Positions 28,485-37,304 of a DNA stretch of 64,000 nt are shown in pieces. The DNA lies in the IMG/VR virus record IMGVR_UViG_3300045988_161245, positions 32,001 to 96,000 of that record; one strand, written 5' to 3'. A program made the translations under genes and the position numbers. The notes beneath the pieces were generated by a model. That model made no database searches, was not told the origin of the DNA, and saw only the letters and a list, made by a program, of their open reading frames with translations. The DNA is from a virus. How positions within the stretch are numbered: position 1 is the stretch's first letter; each line of letters begins with the position of its first letter.

Positions 28485-28853
28485 TCAAAATTCATACATC
28501 AGTAATAACCATTCTTCTTCTGTCAAGACATCTGCCTCATCAGACATAAGAGCATCTAATATATTTTCATGCTTTTCACAGAATTCTTTTATAACGTCTT
28601 CTCTAATATCGTCATAAGAAAAGAACAATTCTTTCTGCTCACTTTTACCAAACAATAATTCCTGACATTCTGGACAATACCCAGTTTTTAAAAATTCCCT
28701 TACTGTTGGACTTGTGTTTGAAAGGGCATTCTGAATCAAGCTTCCATATGCAATATATTTTTTGTACTGATCATATTCAACTTCTGTCAATTTGACAAAA
28801 TGTGTTTTACCGCACATTGGGCATTCTTTTTTTACAATTTTTGAATATTTCAT
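28485..28853 (-). CDS. hypothetical zinc-ribbon protein
   Basis: Contains the cysteine pairs CPMCGK ... CPECQ. Confidence 0.55.
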   Translation of the reverse strand: MKYSKIVKKECPMCGKTHFVKLTEVEYDQYKKYIAYGSLIQNALSNTSPTVREFLKTGYCPECQELLFGKSEQKELFFSYDDIREDVIKEFCEKHENILDALMSDEADVLTEEEWLLLMYEF

Positions 28854-28882
28854 TTTTCTTCTCCGATCAAATACGAATTTTA

Positions 28883-29038
28883 TTATTCAACCTCAATCAT
28901 TATTTGTTTTTTTCCTTCATTTTCATTTTCAAAAGAAAAACAATATTCATATGGTTCGCCGGTGTGTCTATCAAAAATAACTATTTCTGCATCCGGATCG
29001 TAATGCATTAAAGATTTGACTAACTGATCTACTGTCAT
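28883..29038 (-). CDS. hypothetical small protein (51 aa)
   Basis: MTVDQLVKSLMHYDPDAEIVIFDRHTGEPYEY...; AAAGGAAG SD precedes the start. Confidence 0.45.
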   Translation of the reverse strand: MTVDQLVKSLMHYDPDAEIVIFDRHTGEPYEYCFSFENENEGKKQIMIEVE

Positions 29039-29055
29039 AATTTTCAACTTCCTTT

Positions 29056-29466
29056 CTAATTTGCATGATCATAACTATAACCATTTTCTGCCACATATTT
29101 ATCAAGAGCTTCAAACATATCTCTTTCAAGCTGCTCTGCCCAATTGTCTGATTCCCAATTTACATTAATATCATGATCGACATAATCATCAGACCTCCAA
29201 TCATTTTCATTATCTCCACACTTAATACAGGCAAAGTAATCAATAATTGGACGTTTATCACCAGGATGTTTTCCAACCTGTTCATATGTCATTAAATTTA
29301 CCTCAATGTCTACATAACCGATTTCAAGAATAGCAATTCCTCTTTCCGGATCACCACTCTCATATAACCCTTTCATATAGTTGTTTCGAATATCTTCAAT
29401 ATCGTTTTCAATTCCATTTAATGCAAAGTTATAATCAGATCTCTGTCTTGCTTCCTCAAACGTCAT
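29056..29466 (-). CDS. hypothetical protein
   Basis: ATG 29466 follows an AAGGAGA SD. Confidence 0.6.
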   Translation of the reverse strand: MTFEEARQRSDYNFALNGIENDIEDIRNNYMKGLYESGDPERGIAILEIGYVDIEVNLMTYEQVGKHPGDKRPIIDYFACIKCGDNENDWRSDDYVDHDINVNWESDNWAEQLERDMFEALDKYVAENGYSYDHAN

Positions 29467-29479
29467 AGTCTTCGTCTCC

Positions 29480-29848
29480 TTACCCAAAATTGAACTGAGG
29501 ATTATCTTTTCGCTGAATACATTCTCTTAACCACTGTTTTACTTCCTCATTCCAATAGCACAGTCCGTTTGTGAACGTTCCACAAGAATAAATAATTAAT
29601 CCGTCTTTTTCAATCTGTTCAACCCAGTAACGGTATCTTTCATCATCCCTTGATGAAATACAAGAACTATCTAAATGCAATTCTTTATCATTTTTATCAT
29701 CAGGATTAACAAAAAACATAGAACCTTCATATTTCCCTTTTACCATTCCAAATAGCCAATCTGCAATTTCCTCTAACGAAGAGAATATTTTAACTTCTTG
29801 GGTTCCACCATAGCCGTAACGATATTTTTCATATTTTACCTTATACAT
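29480..29848 (-). CDS. hypothetical protein
   Basis: TAAGGAGA SD precedes the start. Confidence 0.6.
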   Translation of the reverse strand: MYKVKYEKYRYGYGGTQEVKIFSSLEEIADWLFGMVKGKYEGSMFFVNPDDKNDKELHLDSSCISSRDDERYRYWVEQIEKDGLIIYSCGTFTNGLCYWNEEVKQWLRECIQRKDNPQFNFG

Positions 29849-29875
29849 ATTTTATCTCCTTATAAAATGCGGATT

Positions 29876-30043
29876 TTATAGTTCTGTTACATCACACCAA
29901 CTGTCGCAGCAATTCTCTGGACCATCTTCTTTGCCCTCCTGGATTCTATATCTGAGAATATCTTCTGCTTCTTCTGGTGAGTTGGCTTCGATTTCATAAT
30001 TCTCTTCATAGGTTTCATGGTAAGTTACACTATACTTTTTCAT
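29876..30043 (-). CDS. hypothetical small acidic protein (55 aa)
   Basis: MKKYSVTYHETYEENYEIEANSPEEAEDIL...; the start overlaps the upstream stop. Confidence 0.45.
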   Translation of the reverse strand: MKKYSVTYHETYEENYEIEANSPEEAEDILRYRIQEGKEDGPENCCDSWCDVTEL

Positions 30044-30044
30044 T

Positions 30045-30224
30045 TTAATTTTCCTTTCTTGCTCTTAAAATTTCTGACGCAATATATTCGGTTCCCACAT
30101 AAGTGGCTGGTTCATCATTCTCATATGATTTATTTCTAGAAATTTCTTTTGCTTCTTCCGGATCATCTGCATCAACAACAGAGTAACGCTCGTAAACTTT
30201 TCTTTCGAGTACTATATATTGCAT
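30045..30224 (-). CDS. hypothetical small protein (59 aa), related in sequence to the next ORF (29876-30043)
   Basis: MQYIVLERKVYERYSVVDADDPEEAKEISRNK... shares the ...PEEA(E/K)(D/E)I... core with 29876-30043. Confidence 0.45.
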   Translation of the reverse strand: MQYIVLERKVYERYSVVDADDPEEAKEISRNKSYENDEPATYVGTEYIASEILRARKEN

Positions 30225-30258
30225 GTAAAATTCCCCCTTAAAATTTCCGTTTTATTGT

Positions 30259-30444
30259 TTAAAAGTTTAAGCAGATAATTTCCTTAATCTGTTCGATTAC
30301 TCTTTTATGCTCTGATACCATAAGCATCACAGCAAATTCGCTCCTATCTTTAATATCTGCATACTGTTTAATATCTGGTTCACAATATGTTTCACTATAT
30401 TCAGTTAATAAATCCATCAACTGAATTAGATCTTCTTTACTCAT
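30259..30444 (-). CDS. hypothetical protein
   Basis: ATG 30444 overlaps the upstream stop. Confidence 0.5.
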   Translation of the reverse strand: MSKEDLIQLMDLLTEYSETYCEPDIKQYADIKDRSEFAVMLMVSEHKRVIEQIKEIICLNF

Positions 30445-31160
30445 GCAATTACTTCCCATTCTTCGTTTTTCTCTTCACGCTTTCCTTTAAAAATCTGACC
30501 TTTATAGTATCTAAACATGTATTCCCAAATCCTTGGAATGGATAAAAGCTTTTGCTTTATAATTTCAATTTCTCTTCCACCATGATCCGCTTCATATTTT
30601 TCTAAAGCCCAATCAATGTTTTCATATACATCTAAAAGTCTACAGTAGATATGATTTTTATATCTGTTTTCCCTTTGAATCTTTAAATGTTTTTCACATT
30701 CCTCGTATGTATCAAACACATCATCAGGATAATAATCATTGTGCTCACCATATCCAAGTGGATAGCCATGCGCTTTTTTAACTATTCTATAAAAACCATG
30801 GTCAATTTCTGCTTCAATAAATTTATCAACTATTGGAGCAATCACTAATAAACCATTGTCAAACAACTCCTGTATTCTTTTTGTATCTTTTACATTGACA
30901 GTTCCAAATTCTGCAACATATTTTTCATATTTCCATTGGTCAATAGATTCTTCCCAAAGTCTTGTGTTATAGGTCCAGTCTTTAGGTAACTTTTTGAACT
31001 CAATTTCTGATTCAAATTCATCAAACGGAATTCCATTAATCAACCGAACTTCTGGTGTTCTGAGCCTTTTTACAACATGTGTACATGTGCTTTTATAGCT
31101 GTATGCACCAAAAATAACCATATCATTTTCTATGAAATAACAGATCTGGTTTTCTTTCAT
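30441..31160 (-). CDS. hypothetical protein
   Basis: About 239 aa; a GGAGGGG SD precedes the start. Confidence 0.6.
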   Translation of the reverse strand: MKENQICYFIENDMVIFGAYSYKSTCTHVVKRLRTPEVRLINGIPFDEFESEIEFKKLPKDWTYNTRLWEESIDQWKYEKYVAEFGTVNVKDTKRIQELFDNGLLVIAPIVDKFIEAEIDHGFYRIVKKAHGYPLGYGEHNDYYPDDVFDTYEECEKHLKIQRENRYKNHIYCRLLDVYENIDWALEKYEADHGGREIEIIKQKLLSIPRIWEYMFRYYKGQIFKGKREEKNEEWEVIA

Positions 31161-31165
31161 TTCCA

Positions 31166-31408
31166 TTACCCCTCCGTCAAACTATCAAGTGCAAACATAA
31201 ATGCTGCAACCTCTCTATCACTTGTAATAAAATCGCCTCTATAATTTGCAAATTTTCCAACAAAATCTCCATGATCATTTAAGAATTTGTCTCCGGCTTC
31301 TACTGCTTCATTAAAACCTGCAACTTGATCTCGATTTTTATACAAAAAATCATATTCTTCATCAAATTTCTTTTTAAACATTTCAATATCTACATTAAAT
31401 TCTCTCAT
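31166..31408 (-). CDS. hypothetical protein
   Basis: GTGAGGTAAGG SD precedes the start. Confidence 0.55.
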   Translation of the reverse strand: MREFNVDIEMFKKKFDEEYDFLYKNRDQVAGFNEAVEAGDKFLNDHGDFVGKFANYRGDFITSDREVAAFMFALDSLTEG

Positions 31409-31423
31409 TTTCCCCTTACCTCA

Positions 31424-31657
31424 CTAAACCACATAGAAATATGATTTTTTGATTTCCGGTGCATATTTGTAAAAACCTACGCAGTCAAGACCAACAAATC
31501 TCTTACTGGTCATTTTATCTTTCTCTTCCTGGGTAAGAAGTCTGTCAATAGTAACACGGATGGCGCTACGACCATCCATCAACCGAACATCTTTAAAATC
31601 TACAGTGTCACATTTAACACTGTTTGGAAGTAACTCAATTAATTTTTCAATACACAT
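31424..31657 (-). CDS. hypothetical protein
   Basis: ATG 31657 follows a CGGAGGATA SD. Confidence 0.55.
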   Translation of the reverse strand: MCIEKLIELLPNSVKCDTVDFKDVRLMDGRSAIRVTIDRLLTQEEKDKMTSKRFVGLDCVGFYKYAPEIKKSYFYVV

Positions 31658-31658
31658 A

Positions 31659-31808
31659 TTATTTATCCTCCGTTTCTCTTGCTTCTTTTTGTTTACCACG
31701 TTCTCTAATATGTTCTACCATCCAATCAGCAGAACCATTTCGCTTACAAGTCCTAGCAAATCGTTCATAGAACGGAAGATCTTTCCATCTCGGTTTATTT
31801 TTCTTCAT
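31659..31808 (-). CDS. hypothetical small basic protein (49 aa)
   Basis: MKKNKPRWKDLPFYERFARTCKRNG... follows a GGAGCAAG SD. The N-terminal part of track ORF 31659-31910 is judged spurious. Confidence 0.45.
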   Translation of the reverse strand: MKKNKPRWKDLPFYERFARTCKRNGSADWMVEHIRERGKQKEARETEDK

Positions 31809-31917
31809 TTTTTCTTGCTCCATCATCTTTTTTGTCATCAGTTTCGTAAGCACATTTTGAACCTGGCAATTTACAAGAACATGATTCATAAGTGCATGTA
31901 CATTCATCACATTTCAT
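31795..31917 (-). CDS. hypothetical Cys-rich peptide (40 aa)
   Basis: GGAGGTAAGG SD followed by MKCDECTCTYESCSCKLPGSKCAYETDD... Confidence 0.45.
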   Translation of the reverse strand: MKCDECTCTYESCSCKLPGSKCAYETDDKKDDGARKNEEK

Positions 31918-32056
31918 TTACCTTACCTCCGTTTTTAATTCATCAGCGTATTATATGCTTCATCCAATGAGCAACTTAACCCAATCATTAACATCATACA
32001 TTCGTGGGCAGTTTCTTTAATATATCATGTTTTTTCTTCTGCGGTTAAATCTCTTT

Positions 32057-32470
32057 TTAATGCAGCTTGCCAGATACCCATGCATTACCAGATATCTCTG
32101 TGTCACCAGACATCTCTATATTGCCAGATATCTCTGCGTTGCCACGTACACATGCGTTACCACGTACCTCTACGTTGCCACGTACACATGCATTATCATA
32201 TACTTCTGAGTTGCCACGTACACATGCATTATCACGTACACATGCATTATCACGTACACATGCATTATCACGTACACATGCATTATCATATACCTCTGCG
32301 TTGCCAAATACCCATGCGTTACCATACTGACTTAGATTTTCTTCTTTTTCTATCCATCCTCCTTTTTCTCCGGCAATTATAAGTCCAAAAGAAATAAGTG
32401 CTTTAATTCTAAAAAGTTTTTTACCACAAATATTAATTTTAGTTTCTGTTGTAAGTTCAAATTTCTTCAT
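32057..32470 (-). CDS. hexapeptide-repeat (left-handed beta-helix type) protein
   Basis: The C-terminal half is about 13 consecutive 6-residue units (DNACVR x4, GNSEVY, GNVEVR, GNAEIS ...). ATG 32470 follows an AAGGGAGGAAA SD. Confidence 0.65.
   Translation of the reverse strand: MKKFELTTETKINICGKKLFRIKALISFGLIIAGEKGGWIEKEENLSQYGNAWVFGNAEVYDNACVRDNACVRDNACVRDNACVRGNSEVYDNACVRGNVEVRGNACVRGNAEISGNIEMSGDTEISGNAWVSGKLH
32215..32286. repeat. four perfect 18-bp tandem repeats (CACGTACACATGCATTAT) inside a longer degenerate 18-bp array (about 32090-32330)
   Basis: Read directly from the sequence. Encodes the DNACVR units of the gene above. Confidence 0.9.
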
Positions 32471-32626
32471 TTTGTTTTCCTCCCTTAAAAGTTTCATTTT
32501 ATCTCATAAATAAGTGAATCCAACTATCATAATGAAAATGACTTCCATCTGAAAGCTTCACATCAATGTCTATAATTCCAAGGGTAATACCTATAAAGAG
32601 AACAAAGAATATAAAATATACGTATT

Positions 32627-32905
32627 TCAACAATCCCACTCTCCTTTGCAATATAAAATGTCCATAGCATCCTCTAAGTCTAAGTCATAATGACCAAAGT
32701 TTAGCGACTGTGTGGTTTCATTCCAACATGTCCACACTGCATACTTCCCAGTTGTCTTGTGCTGTGCCATTACCCTATAAAGATAAGTTTCGGTTAATTT
32801 TTGTCGAACTGATACAAGATTATAATTTTCAACTCCATGTCCAGCTGAAAAGTAAGACCGAACATTTTTATAAACTTTTGATGTTGCTTCAATTGTTGAT
32901 GCCAT
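32627..32905 (-). CDS. hypothetical protein
   Basis: AGGGAGATA SD precedes the start. Confidence 0.6.
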   Translation of the reverse strand: MASTIEATSKVYKNVRSYFSAGHGVENYNLVSVRQKLTETYLYRVMAQHKTTGKYAVWTCWNETTQSLNFGHYDLDLEDAMDILYCKGEWDC

Positions 32906-32997
32906 AATTTTTATCTCCCTTCTTGCTTATATAATTTGAGGGCAACAAGTTTTAATTTCGCTTGCTACCCTCTACTTCTTAGTTTATGTAAAGTTTG

Positions 32998-34062
32998 TTA
33001 TGCAAATTTGCGAATAACTTCAAGTTTCTGTTCATCATCTGAAAGTTTTCTAGTCTGCTGTAAATGCAGATTTTCAACAATTGCATCTTCTATGTAAAAA
33101 CTAAATGCTGCATCAGCGTCAAGATATTCATATGCAACCTTTGATCTTGCTTTAATGAGTGCAGGTGTTTTTCCGTGTAAATATTCTGATAAAAACTGCT
33201 CAGTCTTATTTCTATCACTTGCATAATATCTCCACATATCCCTTAACGCTTTAAATACACATCTTGAATATCCATTTGAAAGACGGTTAAAGCCTGACTT
33301 TTTACAAATATCAAGAATATATTCCATACAGCTTCTTCCATATTTCTCGCACAATTCTCTTGTGTAAGGATATGAACCAAGAATTCCACCCTCTCTTTGA
33401 CCTTTCTTTAAAACCCAGTCAAAATCATACTGGTGCTTTAATTCTTCAAGCAACATAGTAGGGCGATCTTCTCTAATTAATCTTGCACCATGCTTCTGAT
33501 AATCTTTTAATGGCTCTGTTCCAGAATTCTGATATTCGTATTTTTTAGCTTCAAATTTCTGTCTTTCATTTGGGTCACTTGGAGCTTTTAAAAGGACAGT
33601 AACATCAAGTTTTTCGTATTTGTCACTATCAATAACATTAGATGCACGAACTCTACCAGTTCCATCAACAACTGCTATGTATCCATCTTCAAAATGTGGT
33701 ACACCAAGTAATGGATCACATGAATCATAGTCCCATTCTTTTAACAGTTTTCCCAAACTTCTTTCTGTTCGTTCTGGAATCTGATATGCTGTATCCATTG
33801 CAAGTAATCTTACAGGAATTTTAAGTATAACTTTTGATAAACCTGATGCAATAGAAGATGCAAGAATTCCCTTAAGCTCTCCAATATCCTCAGCTCTTTG
33901 TTCTAATGTTCTTTCTTTGTTTCCAAGAATCGGAACAACTGTATTTATAACATTTGCACTAACTTTAGTTTCTGCCTTACTAATCTTTCCAATAACTTCC
34001 TGTACTGCCTTATTTTCATTTACGTTTCCATTTACATAATCTTTCATATTAACTGTTGTCAT
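32998..34062 (-). CDS. ParB/Srx-fold (ParB-like nuclease domain) protein
   Basis: VRLLAMDTAYQIPERTE...GYIAVVDGTGRVRASN resembles the ParB N-terminal domain (DGxxR box). Confidence 0.55.
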   Translation of the reverse strand: MTTVNMKDYVNGNVNENKAVQEVIGKISKAETKVSANVINTVVPILGNKERTLEQRAEDIGELKGILASSIASGLSKVILKIPVRLLAMDTAYQIPERTERSLGKLLKEWDYDSCDPLLGVPHFEDGYIAVVDGTGRVRASNVIDSDKYEKLDVTVLLKAPSDPNERQKFEAKKYEYQNSGTEPLKDYQKHGARLIREDRPTMLLEELKHQYDFDWVLKKGQREGGILGSYPYTRELCEKYGRSCMEYILDICKKSGFNRLSNGYSRCVFKALRDMWRYYASDRNKTEQFLSEYLHGKTPALIKARSKVAYEYLDADAAFSFYIEDAIVENLHLQQTRKLSDDEQKLEVIRKFA

Positions 34063-34153
34063 AATCTTATTCTCCTTTATTCATCAATGTATTTTCAATT
34101 TGCCTTATGGCATCCATTATTCAATTTTCAAAATTTTCCCAATAAAAAAAAGA

Positions 34154-34405
34154 CTACCGAACACGCTCATAAGGAACATAATTGTAGCCTTTTGATTTGA
34201 GATCATCTGCGACCTCTTCAATGGTTCGTTTCCAAACCATCTTATTAATATGATTGTTTACCTCTACGTTGTTTCCTGTAATTGTTGACCGGTATTTGTC
34301 ATGGCTGCCTTTTGAGCAGATATACAAATAACCGTTTGCCTTGAGATAAGACCGGAGCCTTCGTTCCTGTTTCTTATCCCATGATTTTGTGGTTCGCTTA
34401 CCCAT
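34154..34405 (-). CDS. HicA-like (YcfA family) protein
   Basis: LRSYLKANGYLYICSKGSHDKYRS matches the HicA core including GSH. Confidence 0.55.
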   Translation of the reverse strand: MGKRTTKSWDKKQERRLRSYLKANGYLYICSKGSHDKYRSTITGNNVEVNNHINKMVWKRTIEEVADDLKSKGYNYVPYERVR

Positions 34406-34407
34406 TA

Positions 34408-34737
34408 TTACACCTCCAATTCTGTAATTATATTATCTATATGCGCAGTATGGATATAGTCTAAATCCGTTCCGATCATCGGATTAATCATCCTATCCCA
34501 TACAGTACAATCTGGATTAACCTGAATAGATGACAGTCTCTTTCTGTTTCTTTGACTGATTCTGCCATCATGTTTTTTGATTTCTGCGATTGTTGCAAAA
34601 GCTTCATTTGCCTTTGCCTTACCGAATTTTTTGTAAATTGCACTTACTGTTACCTTTGGATTGTTTTGCGGAATAGTTTCTTTATAGATTTCAACAATTC
34701 CATCCCAAATTTTTGCAATTTCTTTCAAATCTGTCAT
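34408..34737 (-). CDS. hypothetical protein
   Basis: GGAGGTGTAAGG SD precedes the start. Lies immediately upstream of the HicA-like gene. Confidence 0.6.
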   Translation of the reverse strand: MTDLKEIAKIWDGIVEIYKETIPQNNPKVTVSAIYKKFGKAKANEAFATIAEIKKHDGRISQRNRKRLSSIQVNPDCTVWDRMINPMIGTDLDYIHTAHIDNIITELEV

Positions 34738-34742
34738 TTGCC

Positions 34743-34910
34743 TTACACCTCCTTAAACACGCCAGATTTCAACATATCGGTAAACCAACAGTCAAAATCT
34801 TGATACTCTTCTTTGTCTACAAGATCTCTGTAAACCTCATGAAGCTGGTTGATTGTAAAACTTTTTCCTTCCAATGGTTCCTCGTAGGTAATATACTTTT
34901 TCAGTTCCAT
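34743..34910 (-). CDS. hypothetical small protein (55 aa)
   Basis: MELKKYITYEEPLEGKSFTINQLHEVYRDL...; AAGGAGGCA SD precedes the start. Confidence 0.5.
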   Translation of the reverse strand: MELKKYITYEEPLEGKSFTINQLHEVYRDLVDKEEYQDFDCWFTDMLKSGVFKEV

Positions 34911-34915
34911 TTGCC

Positions 34916-35098
34916 TTATGCCTCCTTAATTTTCTCTCTCCATTTTTTAATCCGAACTGGATAATTAACGTTTTCTCTATATGTTTTTAATTGCACCTTT
35001 GCATCTTTTAAGTCTTCACAGTTACACTCAATGCTCCAGCCATGCCCTTCATAAAAACTCTCAATTGCGTAACAATCAACTGTTTTACGTTTATACAT
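34916..35098 (-). CDS. hypothetical protein
   Basis: ATG 35098 follows an AAGGGAGGTA SD. Confidence 0.55.
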   Translation of the reverse strand: MYKRKTVDCYAIESFYEGHGWSIECNCEDLKDAKVQLKTYRENVNYPVRIKKWREKIKEA

Positions 35099-35112
35099 TT
35101 TTATACCTCCCT

Positions 35113-35355
35113 TTAAAACTGCCATCCCTGTACAATATTTGCACAGTGGCAACAATTGTTTGAATAGCCATTTGTATAATATACAGAATTGTCTGGATGA
35201 ACCAAGTAGGAAAATTCGAATGCTTTAAAAAGAAGATCTCCCTTTACACGTTCCTTGAAAGTAACATTTACTGTCCAAGTATACGGATCACCGTTTTCAT
35301 CATGCCTTGAAAGCATTAAAGAATACTGTTTCCCTTTGTAAAATCTTTTCACCAT
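35113..35355 (-). CDS. hypothetical protein
   Basis: AGGAGGATA SD precedes the start. Confidence 0.6.
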   Translation of the reverse strand: MVKRFYKGKQYSLMLSRHDENGDPYTWTVNVTFKERVKGDLLFKAFEFSYLVHPDNSVYYTNGYSNNCCHCANIVQGWQF

Positions 35356-35367
35356 TTCTGTATCCTC

Positions 35368-35751
35368 CTACATTCTTCTTAACTGGTTTATCAAGTAAGC
35401 TGCAACTGGTCCTGTGATAATGTACAACCATAAATACACAGCTTCTCTTACAATTACGGTCCCTAAAACCGGAATCAGTAATAACATAAAGATCATCATG
35501 GATAATTCAACCATAGAAAGAAGTTTCTGTTTCTTCTTCTCTCTGATGATTAATTCGCGGTTTCTTTTGCGGATTTCAAGACCGTGAGATTCCAGGTTTG
35601 CCTTGCGTACACCAGATAAAGAATCTTTTAACAGATTAGCAAGCTCATCATTAAGCTCGCTATCTGTGAAGCACCGAACAATTTTATCTGTTGTTTCGGT
35701 TGGTGTATCAATAACATCATAATCATAGTTAATTGCCTCTGCTACTCCCAT
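35368..35751 (-). CDS. hypothetical membrane protein
   Basis: The C-terminal stretches LSMMIFMLLLIPVLGTVIV and LWLYIITGPVAAYLI look like TM helices. Confidence 0.6.
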   Translation of the reverse strand: MGVAEAINYDYDVIDTPTETTDKIVRCFTDSELNDELANLLKDSLSGVRKANLESHGLEIRKRNRELIIREKKKQKLLSMVELSMMIFMLLLIPVLGTVIVREAVYLWLYIITGPVAAYLINQLRRM

Positions 35752-35752
35752 T

Positions 35753-35938
35753 TCAATTCACCTCTTTTTCTAAGAATCTATTTATTGCTGATATTTCGCT
35801 TCGAGTGGTGAGTAGTTTGATCTGCATATTGTCACCAGATGAAACTACTCTGTGTTTCACTCTTCTGTTTGTTAAATAGTTGCATACTCTTCCTACTGAT
35901 TTTTCAGTAGTATTGATTGTTGCTAATACCTCTACCAT
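35753..35938 (-). CDS. hypothetical protein
   Basis: GGGAGGTG SD precedes the start. Confidence 0.55.
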   Translation of the reverse strand: MVEVLATINTTEKSVGRVCNYLTNRRVKHRVVSSGDNMQIKLLTTRSEISAINRFLEKEVN

Positions 35939-35954
35939 TTTCCTTGCACCTCCC

Positions 35955-36137
35955 TTATAATTCCATTAAAAACTTATCAATAGTTTCTACTTCTACGTCA
36001 TTGCACAGAATTTCAAAATGTGTATAATGCCAGCCAACACCAGATGACTCAAATTCAATTCCCTCTTCTTTCAGTTTTGCCTTGAGTTTCTGAGCATCCA
36101 GCTCTTTAAGTTCGCAGTTATAATATTTGCGTTTCAT
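35955..36137 (-). CDS. hypothetical protein
   Basis: 60-aa ORF that overlaps the upstream gene end. Confidence 0.5.
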   Translation of the reverse strand: MKRKYYNCELKELDAQKLKAKLKEEGIEFESSGVGWHYTHFEILCNDVEVETIDKFLMEL

Positions 36138-36366
36138 CTGTAAGTTTCACCCATCCTTTCTCTTTCATTTCCTTCTCATTTCTTGCCGTATCACATGAGA
36201 TATTTTTAATATCCCCAAACGGCGAAGGGTACTTATACGGATAGTTTTCTCTTGCAAACTCAAACATCATTATGCTTAGTGGAAAACCATCCTCGCAGCG
36301 ATCAAAAATTACGACAGCTTTAGTTTTGTCATATTTTCGCTCAACTAATGCACATGTTCTAACCAT
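36118..36366 (-). CDS. hypothetical protein
   Basis: AAGGAGGTG SD precedes the start. Confidence 0.6.
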   Translation of the reverse strand: MVRTCALVERKYDKTKAVVIFDRCEDGFPLSIMMFEFARENYPYKYPSPFGDIKNISCDTARNEKEMKEKGWVKLTDETQIL

Positions 36367-36417
36367 TTGCTTTACACCTCCTTGTGTTTCTCTTCCAAAA
36401 TCGGAAACTTTTTATAT

Positions 36418-36447
36418 TAAAAAATCCATCTACAAGTCGCAGATGGA
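36418..36447 (-). terminator. intrinsic terminator
   Basis: Stem TCCATCT / AGATGGA, followed on the minus strand by TTTTTT. Confidence 0.65.
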
Positions 36448-36474
36448 ATGAAAAGCTTCCTTATTATATAGGTG

Positions 36475-36633
36475 TTAATAATACCGTTTTGTATGTCTGC
36501 CTTCGATCATCAGTCGGCAGATCTCGCTTTCCGTTGTGGCATTGTTTAATCTCGCAAGAATATAATCTGAATATTTCAGTTGCCTTGCAGCTTTGATTGC
36601 ATCTCGCTTATAAGATTTAACTGATTCTGACAT
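36475..36633 (-). CDS. hypothetical small protein (52 aa)
   Basis: MSESVKSYKRDAIKAARQLKYSDYILARLN...; GTGAGGTG SD precedes the start. Confidence 0.5.
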   Translation of the reverse strand: MSESVKSYKRDAIKAARQLKYSDYILARLNNATTESEICRLMIEGRHTKRYY

Positions 36634-36643
36634 TGTAAACACC

Positions 36644-37147
36644 TCACTTTCTAATACTCCAGATATTTCCGTTTGGCTCTGTTACCGTCACGGAATCTAT
36701 AGCTTCCCTTATTGAGACGTAATAGGAATTGACCATCTGTTTGATTTCCTGGTAGCTGATACTGTTAGGATCGTCATTTATACAGCCGTAATCTTTCAGC
36801 TGTAGTGTGGTGTAACCCAGGAAATCCGTGTACACCAGAGCAATATCAGAAACCGGAATACTAACTTCTGGCTTCGCCTGTTTTGCCTTTGGTACTTTGG
36901 AAACTTTAAGGATTGTATCATCCTTTTTTCTGCGAGTTCCTTTAGTGTCAAATTTAACTTGTACACTGGCTCCCTTGTGAAGATGGAGTTTCCGCTTTGT
37001 ATGCCAGATATTACCGTCTGAGGTTGTGATAGATTTTGCACCGGTCACAATTCCGGTACTATACCGGACATTTGCCTTTGCGGAAACTGTGGTTGGTGTG
37101 GTAATTGTTAATGCTGCGAATGTTGCAGCTACGAGAAGTTTTTTCAT
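36644..37147 (-). CDS. secreted protein (Sec signal peptide)
   Basis: ATG 37147 follows an AAGGGAGA SD. MKKLLVAATFAALTITTPTTVSA-KA is a typical signal peptide. Confidence 0.65.
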   Translation of the reverse strand: MKKLLVAATFAALTITTPTTVSAKANVRYSTGIVTGAKSITTSDGNIWHTKRKLHLHKGASVQVKFDTKGTRRKKDDTILKVSKVPKAKQAKPEVSIPVSDIALVYTDFLGYTTLQLKDYGCINDDPNSISYQEIKQMVNSYYVSIREAIDSVTVTEPNGNIWSIRK

Positions 37148-37251
37148 TATTGTGATCTCCCTTCTGAGAATGAATTTATTTCGTGGTTGTTTTTGGAGCT
37201 GACATAATAAACACAATCTCCCTTCTGAAAAATGAGAATTATTTTTGAGCA

Positions 37252-37288
37252 CAAAAAAGGACCTACTAATAACGTAGATCCTTTTTTG
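37252..37288. terminator. bidirectional intrinsic terminator
   Basis: Stem AGGACCTAC / GTAGATCCT, flanked by an A-run on one side and a T-run on the other. Confidence 0.65.
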
Positions 37289-37304
37289 TTGCTGATTGTA
37301 ATAA

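Noticed and set aside
31809-31910. N-terminal third of track ORF 31659-31910
   Set aside because: A strong GGAGGTAAGG SD serves a different frame (the 40-aa Cys-rich peptide at 31795-31917). A second SD serves ATG 31808, so the long ORF is a chance fusion.
32027-32382. Three plus-strand ORFs with HMHYH / RTHALS periodic translations
   Set aside because: They are antisense and out-of-frame readings of the 18-bp tandem repeat. The minus-strand hexapeptide-repeat gene has the SD and the sensible N-terminal domain.
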